Assembly: GCA_965217585.1 (NCBI GenBank)
Contig: OZ244561.1
Location: forward strand, 32,001 to 96,000
Direction of reading: 5' to 3'
DNA: 64,000 nucleotides
Origin: Candidatus Latescibacterota bacterium
GTDB taxonomy: Bacteria; Latescibacterota; UBA2968; UBA8231
Under the pieces are notes generated by a model. It did not search any database. It was not told where the DNA came from and saw only the letters and a list, made by a program, of their open reading frames with translations. Positions within the stretch are counted from its first letter, which is position 1, and each line of letters begins with the position of its first letter. A program made the position numbers and the translations under genes. Shown here piece by piece: positions 50,207 through 60,222 of the stretch.

Positions 50207-51597
50207 GCGAACTCGTGCCGCTGGCCATGTTTCTCTGCACCTTCGCGGTGCTGCTATCCGGCTTCCCAGTGGCCTTTTGCCTCGCGGGTACAGCCCTGAG
50301 CTTCGCCGGTCTCGGCGTCCTCACCGGCCACTTTGACGCGGCCTTTCTCTCGGCTTTGCCGTCCCGCATCTACGGCATCATGTCCAACGAAACCCTGATG
50401 GCCGTGCCGCTGTTCGTCTTTATGGGAGTCGTGCTAGAGCGCTCGAAAATCGCCGAGGACCTGCTCGAAACCATGGCCCAACTCTGCGGCAGCTTGTGCG
50501 GCGGGCTGGGGATTTCGGTCTGCCTCGTCGGGGGCCTGTTGGCGGCCTCCACCGGCATCGTCGGCGCGACGGTCGTCACCATGGGCCTCATTTCGCTGCC
50601 GGCGATGCTCAAACGCGCGTACTCCCCAGCGGTTGCCACCGGCATTATCTGCGCTTCGGGGACGCTCGGCCAGATCATTCCGCCCAGTATTGTACTGGTC
50701 ATCCTCGGCGATGTCGTCTCCTCGGCGTACCAGCAGGCCCAGCTCAAAATGGGCAATTTCGCCCCGGTCTCGGTGTCGGTCGGCGACCTCTTTATGGGCG
50801 CACTCATACCCGGTCTCGTACTGATGGGCCTCTATATCCTCTATATAGTCGTCCTCGGCCTCCTCAAGCCAGCCGCCGTGCCAGCCATCCCGGCGGAGGA
50901 GCGCGCGCAAATCCTCAGCGCGGCCTTCTTCCGCCGCCTCGGCGCGGCCCTCGTGCCGCCCCTAGTCCTCATCGGCGGGGTGCTCGGCTCCATCCTCTTC
51001 GGGGTGGCCACCCCGACCGAGGCGGCTTCGGTCGGCGCAGTTGGTGCCATGCTCTTGGCGCTGGCCAAAGGGCACTTCAACCGCGCCGCGCTCAAAGAAG
51101 TCATGCGCACCACCACCGAGATCAACGCCATGGTCTTTATCATACTCATCGGCGCGAGCGTGTTTTCGTTGGTCTTTCGCGGCTACGGAGGTGACGAAGC
51201 GGTCGAGAGCTTTCTGACCCATGAGGTGACCGGCGGCGTGCTCGGCTCTTTCGCGCTGGTGATGGCGGTGATGTTTTTGCTCGGCTTCTTTCTCGACTTC
51301 TTCGAGATCATCTTCGTCGTCGTCCCCATCGTCGGCCCGATCCTCTTGGCGATGGGCTTAGATCCAGTGTGGTTCGGCGTGATGATCGCCCTGAATTTGC
51401 AGACCTCTTTTCTCACGCCCCCGTTTGGCTTCTCGCTCTTTTATCTGCGCGGCGTCGCTCCCCCTGAGATCAGCACGCCGCAGATCTACCGGGGGGTCGT
51501 GCCCTTTATCGCCATTCAGGTGCTGCTGTTGGTGGGGCTGTGGTTCGTGCCGGAGCTGGCTATGTATCTGCCGACGAGGGTGTTCGGACGCGGGTAA
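50203..51597 (+). CDS. dctM: TRAP large permease
   Basis: AVPLFVFMG, GTLGQIIPPS, ATPTEAA, LTPPFG; ATG 50203 overlaps the dctQ stop. Confidence 0.9.
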   Translation: MSELVPLAMFLCTFAVLLSGFPVAFCLAGTALSFAGLGVLTGHFDAAFLSALPSRIYGIMSNETLMAVPLFVFMGVVLERSKIAEDLLETMAQLCGSLCGGLGISVCLVGGLLAASTGIVGATVVTMGLISLPAMLKRAYSPAVATGIICASGTLGQIIPPSIVLVILGDVVSSAYQQAQLKMGNFAPVSVSVGDLFMGALIPGLVLMGLYILYIVVLGLLKPAAVPAIPAEERAQILSAAFFRRLGAALVPPLVLIGGVLGSILFGVATPTEAASVGAVGAMLLALAKGHFNRAALKEVMRTTTEINAMVFIILIGASVFSLVFRGYGGDEAVESFLTHEVTGGVLGSFALVMAVMFLLGFFLDFFEIIFVVVPIVGPILLAMGLDPVWFGVMIALNLQTSFLTPPFGFSLFYLRGVAPPEISTPQIYRGVVPFIAIQVLLLVGLWFVPELAMYLPTRVFGRG

Positions 51598-51618
51598 GGT
51601 TTCTGCGAGGCCAAGTGC

Positions 51619-53721
51619 TCAGAGGCGCTTTTGGCTCGATTCCCTCACCATAGTCAGGATCCCGACGTAGGCGTCGTAGAAATTCTGAATGTTGACCACG
51701 TAATGCACGGGCTGGCCGCAGCGACAGAAGCCGTAGCGCGCCCGTTTGTAGTACGCCGGCTTGGCGAGCAGCCTCATCGCCTGTTCCACGTGGCCGAACC
51801 ACCGGTCGGGATTCCACCCGTTCTCGCGGGCCAAGCGGCGCGCGTCGAGCACGTGCCCGTACCCGACATTGTAGGCGGCCAACGCAAGGCGCATCCGCTC
51901 ATCCATAGGGATTTTCGGATCAAAGCGGTTGACCAGGTGAGACATGTACTTTACCCCCGCGTGGATATTCTCTTCGGGGTCGTGCAGATCGGTAAATCCC
52001 AGTTCGCGCCCGGTGACCGGCATGATCTGCATCAGCCCGCGAGCGCCGACCCAGCTAGTGGCTTGGGGATCGAATTTGGATTCCTGGTACATCTGCGCGG
52101 TAATCAAGCGCCAGTCCTGACCGTATTGCTGGGCGTATTTTTTTACCAACTCATCATAGGGCGACAGGCGACCGCTCAAATCGACCCGCAGCGAATCCTT
52201 CGCCTTGGCGATGGTGCGCTTGTTTTTGAAGTATCGCTTCTTCATCATGTTAAAAAACAAGCCGCCTTTTTCTTCTTTTACGTACTGGTTGAGCGCCGCC
52301 AGCAAGGCCGGATTGTCCGCGCGCACCGCCCACCCCAAAGCCGTCGGCTTGATGCTGAAGGCCGCCTTGAGCTGCCGCCCGTAGGCGAGTTCCACATCGA
52401 GCAGATTGGAGTCGCACAGAGTAATGTCGTAGCGACCCGCCTCGACGTCGGCTAGGATATCTTCGGTTTCGAGGGAGTCGGGCAGTGGTTCGACCTGCAA
52501 ACCCTCTATGGAATCGGCGAGAGCCATCAGGGTGGTGTAAAAAGAAGAGCTTTGGCGCACGTGGATTGTGCGCCCGGCCAAGTCCTGGAGACTGGCAATC
52601 GAATCCTCCTCCGCGCGCACTACCACCAGCTCGTCCACTTCGTTATAAGGCAAGGTAAACGCCGCCTGTGCCCGTCGCTCTTCAGTAATGGTCATCGCCG
52701 CGGCCACGACGTCGCCTTTGCCTTCGTTCAAATACGCCAGCAGATCGGCGTGGCTTTCCGGAATGACGATATCGAGCCGCAGGTCGTGTCGGTTGGCGAA
52801 TTCCTTTATAAGCTCGTATTCAAAGCCCACCTGCCGGCCGCGGTGGATGAAGTAGGTCATCGCGTTATTGCGCGTGATCATGCGCAGCCGCCGCTGCTCT
52901 TTTAACCCGGGCAGATCGTCGGTGAAGGCTTGCTGGGGCTGACGCGTAAACTGCCGGGCGAGCAGATATTCATCGACCTTGGTCTTGAGCCGCACATCGT
53001 CGGGCCGCATCATCAGGGCAATCGGGCGATTTTCGGCCAGCACCAGCGGCGTAACCATGCTGTGGTAGTAGCTTGCTACCGCCCGCCACAAATGCTCGTC
53101 GGATATGGTCGCTTGGTATTCGCCGCGAACAATGCCTTCGAGGAGGTGTTCGAGGCCGAGCTTTTCCGGCGCGGCGTGAATGCGCAACGACGGCACCTGT
53201 TGCTGAATATCCAACAGGGTCTGGTAGTGCGAGCTGGAGCGCCGGACGCCGATTTTCATCCCGGCCAAGTCCTCAATCGTCGCCAGCAGGCTGTCGCTGG
53301 CCGCCGTAATCAGATATTCATCCACATAGAGATACGGCACGGAAAACGCCGCTTGCTCCTTCCGCTCTGGCGTAATCGTTAGGCTAGCAGCGACGATGTC
53401 GCCTTCGCCTTCCAGCAGTTTCTGGACCATCTGGGCGTAATTTTCGACCTTTACCAGCACCAGCTCCAGCTTGAGCGCCTCAGCCAGGCCGTGGGCGAGA
53501 TCGTAGTCGATCGTCACCGGTTCGGCAGACTTGGGCATGTGGTCAAGCGGCTCTGGGGGGACGATGACGCGCAACTTGCCGTGGGATTGCAATACCGGCA
53601 GATCGCCGGTGTATTTGGGCAACGGCGGCGGGGTCGCCGGAGTCGCCGGTTGGCTGCATTGCGCAAAGGTAGAAAGGGCAATAAGTCCTGCGGGAAGAAG
53701 CGTTCGGGTATGCAACAACAC
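51619..53721 (-). CDS. mltF: MltF-like lytic transglycosylase with two substrate-binding domains
   Basis: Two SBP_bac_3-like repeats (GEGDIVAASLTITPER / GKGDVVAAAMTITEER) and SLT motifs QES, GARGLMQ, AAYNVG; AAAGGAGG RBS before GTG 53721. Confidence 0.8.
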   Translation of the reverse strand: MLLHTRTLLPAGLIALSTFAQCSQPATPATPPPLPKYTGDLPVLQSHGKLRVIVPPEPLDHMPKSAEPVTIDYDLAHGLAEALKLELVLVKVENYAQMVQKLLEGEGDIVAASLTITPERKEQAAFSVPYLYVDEYLITAASDSLLATIEDLAGMKIGVRRSSSHYQTLLDIQQQVPSLRIHAAPEKLGLEHLLEGIVRGEYQATISDEHLWRAVASYYHSMVTPLVLAENRPIALMMRPDDVRLKTKVDEYLLARQFTRQPQQAFTDDLPGLKEQRRLRMITRNNAMTYFIHRGRQVGFEYELIKEFANRHDLRLDIVIPESHADLLAYLNEGKGDVVAAAMTITEERRAQAAFTLPYNEVDELVVVRAEEDSIASLQDLAGRTIHVRQSSSFYTTLMALADSIEGLQVEPLPDSLETEDILADVEAGRYDITLCDSNLLDVELAYGRQLKAAFSIKPTALGWAVRADNPALLAALNQYVKEEKGGLFFNMMKKRYFKNKRTIAKAKDSLRVDLSGRLSPYDELVKKYAQQYGQDWRLITAQMYQESKFDPQATSWVGARGLMQIMPVTGRELGFTDLHDPEENIHAGVKYMSHLVNRFDPKIPMDERMRLALAAYNVGYGHVLDARRLARENGWNPDRWFGHVEQAMRLLAKPAYYKRARYGFCRCGQPVHYVVNIQNFYDAYVGILTMVRESSQKRL

Positions 53722-54090
53722 GCCGCGCCTCCTTTCAAATGGGCCCGCTCGGCTGGGCCTCAGCGGTGTTTTAGTCTCCAAGCTTATGCGGCCAGAAGTC
53801 CATCTGCACCATGCCCAGCCGTGACATTTTTGCACCAATGTGTATTAGCACCAAATCGCTTATCAGACACTTGATCAGGACGTTGTATCCACATTGGGGT
53901 CTCATTGTTGAACTCCTCCAGCTTTCTCGGGCACCATAAACCCCTCGGTCCAGCTATCTTTCGCCAATGATAGAGAAGATAGGCATTTTTCGTCAAGCAG
54001 TTTTCGCCACCACTGCACGGCTTGACGCCGTTTGCCTAAAGGCCCTTTATACTTCCGCACTTGCTGCCAATGCGGCCCATTTAAGGAGGA

Positions 54091-55116
54091 TTGACCACCG
54101 TGCTAACCCATGGACTCACCGTCGTCGAGCCGGGGCGGATTGAGGTTACAGAGACCGACCTCGACGACCGCCTGCACCCCTCGGAAGTACTGATAGAGAC
54201 CGAATATTCCATCGTCAGCGCCGGCACCGAAGGCGCGGGCTTTACCGGCCTCGTCAAGCAGATGCCTTTCGGCGACGCCGGTCAGTATCCCCGCGACACC
54301 GGCTACGGCAACCTCGGCCAAGTGTTGAAGGTCGGCGACGCAGTCTCCGGCGTACAACCGGGCGACCGCGTATTGTCCTTTACCCGCCACGCTTCTATCG
54401 TCAAGACAGATGCACAGCGCATGGCGTTGCCTGTCTCGCGCGAGGCCCCCGGCCAGCACCTCGTGTTTACGCGCATGGCCGGCGTCAGCATCTCCGCCTT
54501 GCGCTCTTCTAGCGTCCAGCCCGGAGACACGGTGCTGGTGGTCGGCGGCGGCCTCGTGGGCAACTTCGCCGCCCAGCTCTTCCACCTAGCTGGTGCCGAT
54601 GTCATGCTCGCGGATTTGTCCGAGCTGCGCCTGCGCCAAGCGCGCGCCTGCGGCATCGAGCGCACCGTCAATCCCGGCCGCGACGATCTGGAAGAAGCAG
54701 TGCGCGACTGGACCGGCGGCGCGGGTGCTCGCATCGGCGTCGAGGCCATTGGCATCAGCGAAGTCATCGCCCAGACCGCGATGTGCGTTGCCCGCCACGG
54801 CGAACTCATCCTCCTCGGCAGTCCACGCGCCCCAGCCCACTTCGATGTGACGCCCATGCTGCTGCGCATCCACTTAGAGGCGATCCGCATGATCGGTGCC
54901 CTCGAGTGGCGCTGGCCGCAGCACGAGACTGAGCGCTGCCGCGATCTCGACGCCAATTACCGCCAGATCGCCGCGTGGATCGCCGGCGGCCAGCTCGTCG
55001 TCGAACCCCTGCTCTCCCATCTGGCGTCCCCGGCGGACTGTCAGCAGATGTACGAAGGGCTTACCACCAATAAAGAGGAATACCTCGGCGTGGTCTTCGA
55101 CTGGTCGCGCCTGTAA
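54091..55116 (+). CDS. Zinc-type (MDR) alcohol dehydrogenase-like protein
   Basis: SAGTE, GDRV, GGGLVG Rossmann motif. Confidence 0.8.
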   Translation: MTTVLTHGLTVVEPGRIEVTETDLDDRLHPSEVLIETEYSIVSAGTEGAGFTGLVKQMPFGDAGQYPRDTGYGNLGQVLKVGDAVSGVQPGDRVLSFTRHASIVKTDAQRMALPVSREAPGQHLVFTRMAGVSISALRSSSVQPGDTVLVVGGGLVGNFAAQLFHLAGADVMLADLSELRLRQARACGIERTVNPGRDDLEEAVRDWTGGAGARIGVEAIGISEVIAQTAMCVARHGELILLGSPRAPAHFDVTPMLLRIHLEAIRMIGALEWRWPQHETERCRDLDANYRQIAAWIAGGQLVVEPLLSHLASPADCQQMYEGLTTNKEEYLGVVFDWSRL

Positions 55117-55126
55117 TTTAATACCC

Positions 55127-56617
55127 ATGCCAACGCACTACCTCGCGCTAGACATCGGCTCGACGACCGTCGTCGCCATCGTCATTGACCTCGACACCAA
55201 CGTCGTCGTCGGCGCAGCCAGCACGGCCAATCTGTCCGAAGTGACCGCCGCGGCAGATAAGCGAATCAGCCGCTCGGAATGGGATCTCGACGCGATGACC
55301 GAGCTGGCCATCGACAACGCCGCCGCGCTCGTAGCCCGCACCAACGCCCGGCCCGCGGCCATCGGCGTCACCGGGCAGCAACAGGGCCTTCAGCTTCTCG
55401 ACCCCGCGCTCAATGCCGTAGGCCCTTTCTTCTCCTGGCAGGACCAGCGCGCCCAAGAATGCCTACCGGGCCAGCAGCACACCTACCTCGACATCATAGC
55501 CCAGCGCGGGGGTGCCACCGCCGCCGAAGACGAGCTACCCGCCTTTGCCCATACCGGCTGCCCTCTCGTGGCGGGCCACGCTGCACCGCACCTGTTTTGG
55601 CTGCAAGCCAACAATCAGCTTCCCAGCGGCGTCAGCGGCACGACGGCCCCTGAGTTTGTGGTGTCGCGTCTGGTGGGCAAACGGCCCGTTGTCGATCCCA
55701 CGGACGCGCTCGGCTGGGGCGTCTATGATGTGGCCAAGCGCGGCTGGGCGGACGAGCTTATCGCCGCCCTTGGCCTAGACCAGGCGCTGTTTCCCGATCT
55801 CGCCGAATCCTGTACCATGGCCGGTCCCCTGACCGCAGCAATGGCCCATAAGCTCGGCGTACCAGCGGGTCTGCCCGTCGCCGTGGCGTCCGGCGATCAC
55901 CAGTGCAGCTTTGCCGGCACGGTTGCCGATTACGCCAACACCGTGGCCGTCAATGTCGGCACCGGCGGGCAAGCCGCCCTGCATATCGAAGCCCCCCTGC
56001 CGCGCGGCTCGCTCGAACTGCGTCCCTATATGCAGCGCGGCTACCTACTGGCCGGCGTGGGGGCCGTCGGCGGACGCACGTTTAGAACCCTGCGCGACTT
56101 CTTCGCCGACGCCATCTATGCCCTCACCGAGATCCAACCCGACCGCGAGGCCCTCTACGAGCGGCTCGTCGCATTAGCGGCCGATGTGCCGGCCGGTGCC
56201 GAGGGCGTGCGCACCGACCCGCTGTTTTCCGGATCGCGCCGCAGTCCACGCGCCAAAGCCGCCTTCCGCGAGCTGACCTCTGCGACGCTGACTGCTGGCC
56301 ATCTAACGCGCGCACTGTTGGAAGGCATGGCCGTCGAGTTGGCCGACTCGTACCTCGAGGCCATCAGACTGGGCGCTGGCCCGCGCTCCAAGCTGGTTGG
56401 CGCTGGCAACGGCATCAAGCTAAATCCCGTGCTGCGGGAGGCGTTGGAAGCGGAGTTCGCTATGCCACTGCACGTAGGGTCGCACGGCGAAGAAGCCGCC
56501 GCCGGTGCCGCGCTGTGTGCCGCCGTGGCCGACGGCGCGTTCGGCTCTATTGCCGAAGCGAGCGCGGCGTTTGCCACTGTCCCCCCTTCCGCGTCGGCAG
56601 TGTCAAGCGTCAAATGA
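55127..56617 (+). CDS. FGGY family carbohydrate kinase (sedoheptulokinase-like)
   Basis: LDIGST, IGVTGQQQG, SWQDQR, GDHQCS, NVGTGGQ, GAGNG; ATG 55127. Confidence 0.85.
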   Translation: MPTHYLALDIGSTTVVAIVIDLDTNVVVGAASTANLSEVTAAADKRISRSEWDLDAMTELAIDNAAALVARTNARPAAIGVTGQQQGLQLLDPALNAVGPFFSWQDQRAQECLPGQQHTYLDIIAQRGGATAAEDELPAFAHTGCPLVAGHAAPHLFWLQANNQLPSGVSGTTAPEFVVSRLVGKRPVVDPTDALGWGVYDVAKRGWADELIAALGLDQALFPDLAESCTMAGPLTAAMAHKLGVPAGLPVAVASGDHQCSFAGTVADYANTVAVNVGTGGQAALHIEAPLPRGSLELRPYMQRGYLLAGVGAVGGRTFRTLRDFFADAIYALTEIQPDREALYERLVALAADVPAGAEGVRTDPLFSGSRRSPRAKAAFRELTSATLTAGHLTRALLEGMAVELADSYLEAIRLGAGPRSKLVGAGNGIKLNPVLREALEAEFAMPLHVGSHGEEAAAGAALCAAVADGAFGSIAEASAAFATVPPSASAVSSVK

Positions 56618-56678
56618 GATGTTTCTGGCAGTCTGGCACTGTTCTTATGTAAGAGCGAAATTATATTATACGTGACAT

Positions 56679-56948
56679 ATGCCTCGCCCAAGAAAACCAT
56701 ACCGTCCTTTGCGGGCTGAAGACTTGCCCGAGCGTTTTCGTCCCCTCAAGAACTGGCATGGAGTAATGGTCGTGGTGGAGTACGGACCCTACAAGGGTCG
56801 GAGAGGCTATCCCGATGAGCAGGGCAATATATGGGTGCCCACACGACCGGGTGAGTCGCATGGAGGGCCTCACTTCGATGTCCAGTTAGACGAAGGGCGG
56901 GCCGGTCACATCAATGTCTATCCAGACGAACGAAAAAATCGAGGGTAA
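56679..56948 (+). CDS. Stand-alone polymorphic-toxin-like domain (Ntox37-like)
   Basis: GYPD..GNIWVPT....HGGPHFDVQ....GHINVYP pattern, recalled from Ntox37 toxin tips. Confidence 0.6.
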   Translation: MPRPRKPYRPLRAEDLPERFRPLKNWHGVMVVVEYGPYKGRRGYPDEQGNIWVPTRPGESHGGPHFDVQLDEGRAGHINVYPDERKNRG

Positions 56949-56949
56949 C

Positions 56950-57216
56950 ATGAAACATATCGAGATTGTCGATGGGGCACTGAATAGTCGCTTTGAACTA
57001 TACGCTGTGACCGATCAAGTCTTTGAGTTGCTATTTCCCGCAGAAGAAGACGAAATATATCTTGAAGATCTGAGCGAAGAGCTGCAAGAGAATGCCGCGT
57101 TCTGGGAACAAGTTTATGCCCGAGAAGTAGATCGACGCACAGTTAAGGGAATCCACGGCATCCTCCATACGCATCCCAAAGCGAAAATCTCCATCCTAGA
57201 ACAAACCGCTAGTTGA
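56950..57216 (+). CDS. Small acidic hypothetical protein, candidate immunity protein
   Basis: ATG 1 nt after the toxin-like stop, GAGGG RBS, E/D-rich, lower GC. Confidence 0.55.
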   Translation: MKHIEIVDGALNSRFELYAVTDQVFELLFPAEEDEIYLEDLSEELQENAAFWEQVYAREVDRRTVKGIHGILHTHPKAKISILEQTAS

Positions 57217-57259
57217 AATAGATAAATCGACTATTGACCACTTAAAACAGGAGTCAACG

Positions 57260-60112
57260 ATGAGACGAGTTTTGCCGCTTTTCTTTGTATTTCCAGTGCT
57301 GCTGTACGCCTGCGTCAGCACGTCGCCAACGCCCGTGCAACAGGCCGCGATGGAGGAGACGACCGAGGAGAAGCTGCCCATTGATTCGCTGGTGACCGTC
57401 GGCCAGCTAGACAACGGCCTGCGCTATGTCATCCGCAAAAACCAGAAACCCGAGAACCGAGTCGAGCTGCGGCTAGTGGTCGATGTAGGCTCGGTGCTGG
57501 AGGACGAAGAGCAGCAGGGGCTGGCGCACTTTGCCGAGCACATGGCCTTCAACGGCACCAAAAACTTTGCCAAGCAGGAGCTGGTGGACTATCTGGAGCT
57601 AATCGGCATGCGCTTTGGGCCGGATCTCAATGCCTACACCAGCTTCGACGAAACCGTGTACATGCTGACGGTACCTACCGACAGCGCCGAGGTGGTGCAC
57701 ACAGCCTTCCAAATCTTAGAGGACTGGGCGCACCAGATCAGCTTTGAGACCGAGGAGATCGACAAGGAACGGGGCGTAGTCATCGAAGAGTGGCGGCTGG
57801 GGCGCGGCGCACAGCGGCGCATGTTCGACAAGCAATTGCCCATCCTCCTAAAAGATTCGCGCTACGCCGTGCGCCTGCCCATCGGCCAAAAGGCCGTGCT
57901 CGACACCTTTCAGCACGAGGCCCTGCGCCGCTTTTACCAAACCTGGTACCGGCCCGACCTGATGGGTTTTGTGGCCGTCGGCGACATTGAGCCAGCGGCA
58001 ATAGAGGCACTGGTGCAGGAGTATTTTGCGCGCATCCCCGCGACAGCAAGCCCCCGCGAACGCACGGTGTTCCCCGTGCCCGACCACGAGGAGACACTAT
58101 TCTCCATTGCCACCGACCCAGAAGCCACCTACAACAACGTCAGCATCTACTACAAAATGGACGTGCGACCCCAAGGAACGGTGAGTACCTACCGCCGCTC
58201 ACTCATTGAGGCCCTATATCACCGGATGTTCAACCAGCGCCTGCACGAACTGACCAAGCAGCCCGAGCCGCCCTTTTTGGGGGCCTATTCGGGCCAGGGG
58301 CGCTGGCTGCGCTCCAAGGAGTTTTTCATCCTCGGCGCTGCGGTGCAAAACAACGGTTTCGACGCTGGTCTCGAGGCCCTGTTGATTGAAGCGGCTAGAG
58401 TGCGGGAATTCGGCTTTACCGCCTCTGAGCTAGAGCGCGAGAAAAAGGAAATGCTGCGCGGCATGGAGCAGTCCTACCGCGAGCGCGACAAGCAGCAGTC
58501 GAGCGGTTTTGCCGCCGAATACGTGCGCCACCTGCTGACCGACGAGGTGATCCCCGGCATTGCCAAAGAGTACGAACTCTACCAAGAGCTGGTACCCGGC
58601 ATTGCACTGGCGGAGATCAATGCGCTGGCCAGCGAGTGGACGAGCGAAAAAAACCGGGTGATCACCGTGGAGGCACCCGAGCAAGAGGGTATTGCCGTGC
58701 CCAACGAGCAGGATCTGCTGGCGATCTTCGCCGAGGCGGCGCAGCAGGAGATCGAGCCGTACGCCGAAGAGGTGTCCGACGAGCCGCTGGTGGCCCAGGT
58801 GCCAGCTCCGGCTGAAATCATCGAACGCAGCCAAATCCCCGAGATCGGCGTGACTTGGTGGACCCTCGCCAACGGCATCCGGGTCTGCCTGAAGCCGACG
58901 GACTTCAAAAACGATGAGATCCTCTTCCGGGCCTATAGCCCCGGTGGGCACTCGCTGGTCCCCGACGCCGACTACGTCGCGGCTTCGACGGCGACTTCGG
59001 TGGTAAGCGAAGGCGGCGTGGGGCCGTTTAACAAGATCTCACTGGAGAAGAAACTGGCCGGCAAAGTGGTGCGGGTATCGCCGTGGATCAGCAGCTTGCG
59101 GGAGGGCATTTCTGGCTCGGCCTCGCCCGAAGATATCCAGACCATGTTCGAGCTGATCTACGCCTTCTTCACCGCGCCGCGCCAAGACAGCACGGCCTTC
59201 CAAGCCTACCAGACGCTCATGCGAGGTTCCATCCAAAATCGCAGTGCGCGTCCAGAGACGGCTTTCAGCGACACCATTGCGGTCACCATGGCGCAGTATC
59301 ACCACCGGGCGCGCCCCTGGTCGCTGGAGTTGCTCGACGAGATGGACTTGGGCACGTCTATGGCCGTGTACCAAGATCGCTTTGCCGATGCCGGCGACTT
59401 CTCGTTTTTCTTTGTCGGCAACTTCACCCTCGAAGAGATGGAGCCGCTGGTGCGTACCTATTTGGGTGGCCTGCCAGCCACGGACCGGGAGGAAACTTGG
59501 CGCGACGTCGGCATCGAGGCCCCGGAGGGCGTGATCGACAAAGCGGTCTATCGCGGCATCGAACCCAAGAGCCAATCGCGGATGATTTTCACCGGCCCCT
59601 TTGAATACGACGGCTGGAAAAACAACCTCGAACTCAGGGCCATGACCTCCGTGCTGCAGATCAAGCTGCGCGAGGTATTGCGCGAGGACTTGGGCGGCAC
59701 CTATGGGGTATGGGTCGGCAGCAGCGGCTCGCACTACCCGGACGAGAAGTACCGCATCTCCATCACCTTCGGCAGCGATCCCGAGCGCGTCGAGGAGCTG
59801 ACGCAGGTAATCTTCGAGCAAATCGACAGCCTAAAAACCGTCGGCACCACCGACCTCTACGTCGATAAGGTCAAGGAAATGCGCAAGCGCCAGCGCGAGA
59901 CCGACCTCAAGGAAAACAGCTTCTGGGTCGGGTCTCTGGAGGCGCTAGACTTCAACGGAGTCGATCCACGGCTGCTGATTCAGTATCCAGCGTTGGTCGA
60001 TTCGCTGACTGTGGAGGCGGTGCAGCAATCGGCGCAGAAGTATTTCAACATGGATCGCTATGTGCGGGTGGTGCTCTATCCAGAGGAATCAGGCGAGGCG
60101 GGAGAAGAGTAG
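57260..60112 (+). CDS. M16 family zinc protease (PqqL-like lipoprotein)
   Basis: LYAC lipobox, HFAEHMAFNGT, NAYTSFDETVY, LREDLGGTY. Confidence 0.92.
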   Translation: MRRVLPLFFVFPVLLYACVSTSPTPVQQAAMEETTEEKLPIDSLVTVGQLDNGLRYVIRKNQKPENRVELRLVVDVGSVLEDEEQQGLAHFAEHMAFNGTKNFAKQELVDYLELIGMRFGPDLNAYTSFDETVYMLTVPTDSAEVVHTAFQILEDWAHQISFETEEIDKERGVVIEEWRLGRGAQRRMFDKQLPILLKDSRYAVRLPIGQKAVLDTFQHEALRRFYQTWYRPDLMGFVAVGDIEPAAIEALVQEYFARIPATASPRERTVFPVPDHEETLFSIATDPEATYNNVSIYYKMDVRPQGTVSTYRRSLIEALYHRMFNQRLHELTKQPEPPFLGAYSGQGRWLRSKEFFILGAAVQNNGFDAGLEALLIEAARVREFGFTASELEREKKEMLRGMEQSYRERDKQQSSGFAAEYVRHLLTDEVIPGIAKEYELYQELVPGIALAEINALASEWTSEKNRVITVEAPEQEGIAVPNEQDLLAIFAEAAQQEIEPYAEEVSDEPLVAQVPAPAEIIERSQIPEIGVTWWTLANGIRVCLKPTDFKNDEILFRAYSPGGHSLVPDADYVAASTATSVVSEGGVGPFNKISLEKKLAGKVVRVSPWISSLREGISGSASPEDIQTMFELIYAFFTAPRQDSTAFQAYQTLMRGSIQNRSARPETAFSDTIAVTMAQYHHRARPWSLELLDEMDLGTSMAVYQDRFADAGDFSFFFVGNFTLEEMEPLVRTYLGGLPATDREETWRDVGIEAPEGVIDKAVYRGIEPKSQSRMIFTGPFEYDGWKNNLELRAMTSVLQIKLREVLREDLGGTYGVWVGSSGSHYPDEKYRISITFGSDPERVEELTQVIFEQIDSLKTVGTTDLYVDKVKEMRKRQRETDLKENSFWVGSLEALDFNGVDPRLLIQYPALVDSLTVEAVQQSAQKYFNMDRYVRVVLYPEESGEAGEE

Positions 60113-60147
60113 CGCTACGCGGTACCGTATATTTTTCTCGCTACTAC

Positions 60148-60189
60148 GTCGCCGTCGGCCCGAGCTGTTTTGGTTGGGTCGGCGGCGGC
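60148..60189. terminator. Hairpin between convergent genes
   Basis: GTCGCCGTCGGCCC / GGGTCGGCGGCGGC stem with G-U pairs. Confidence 0.5.
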
Positions 60190-60222
60190 TTTAGCACTCT
60201 TATTCACTATCTTCAATAAACT

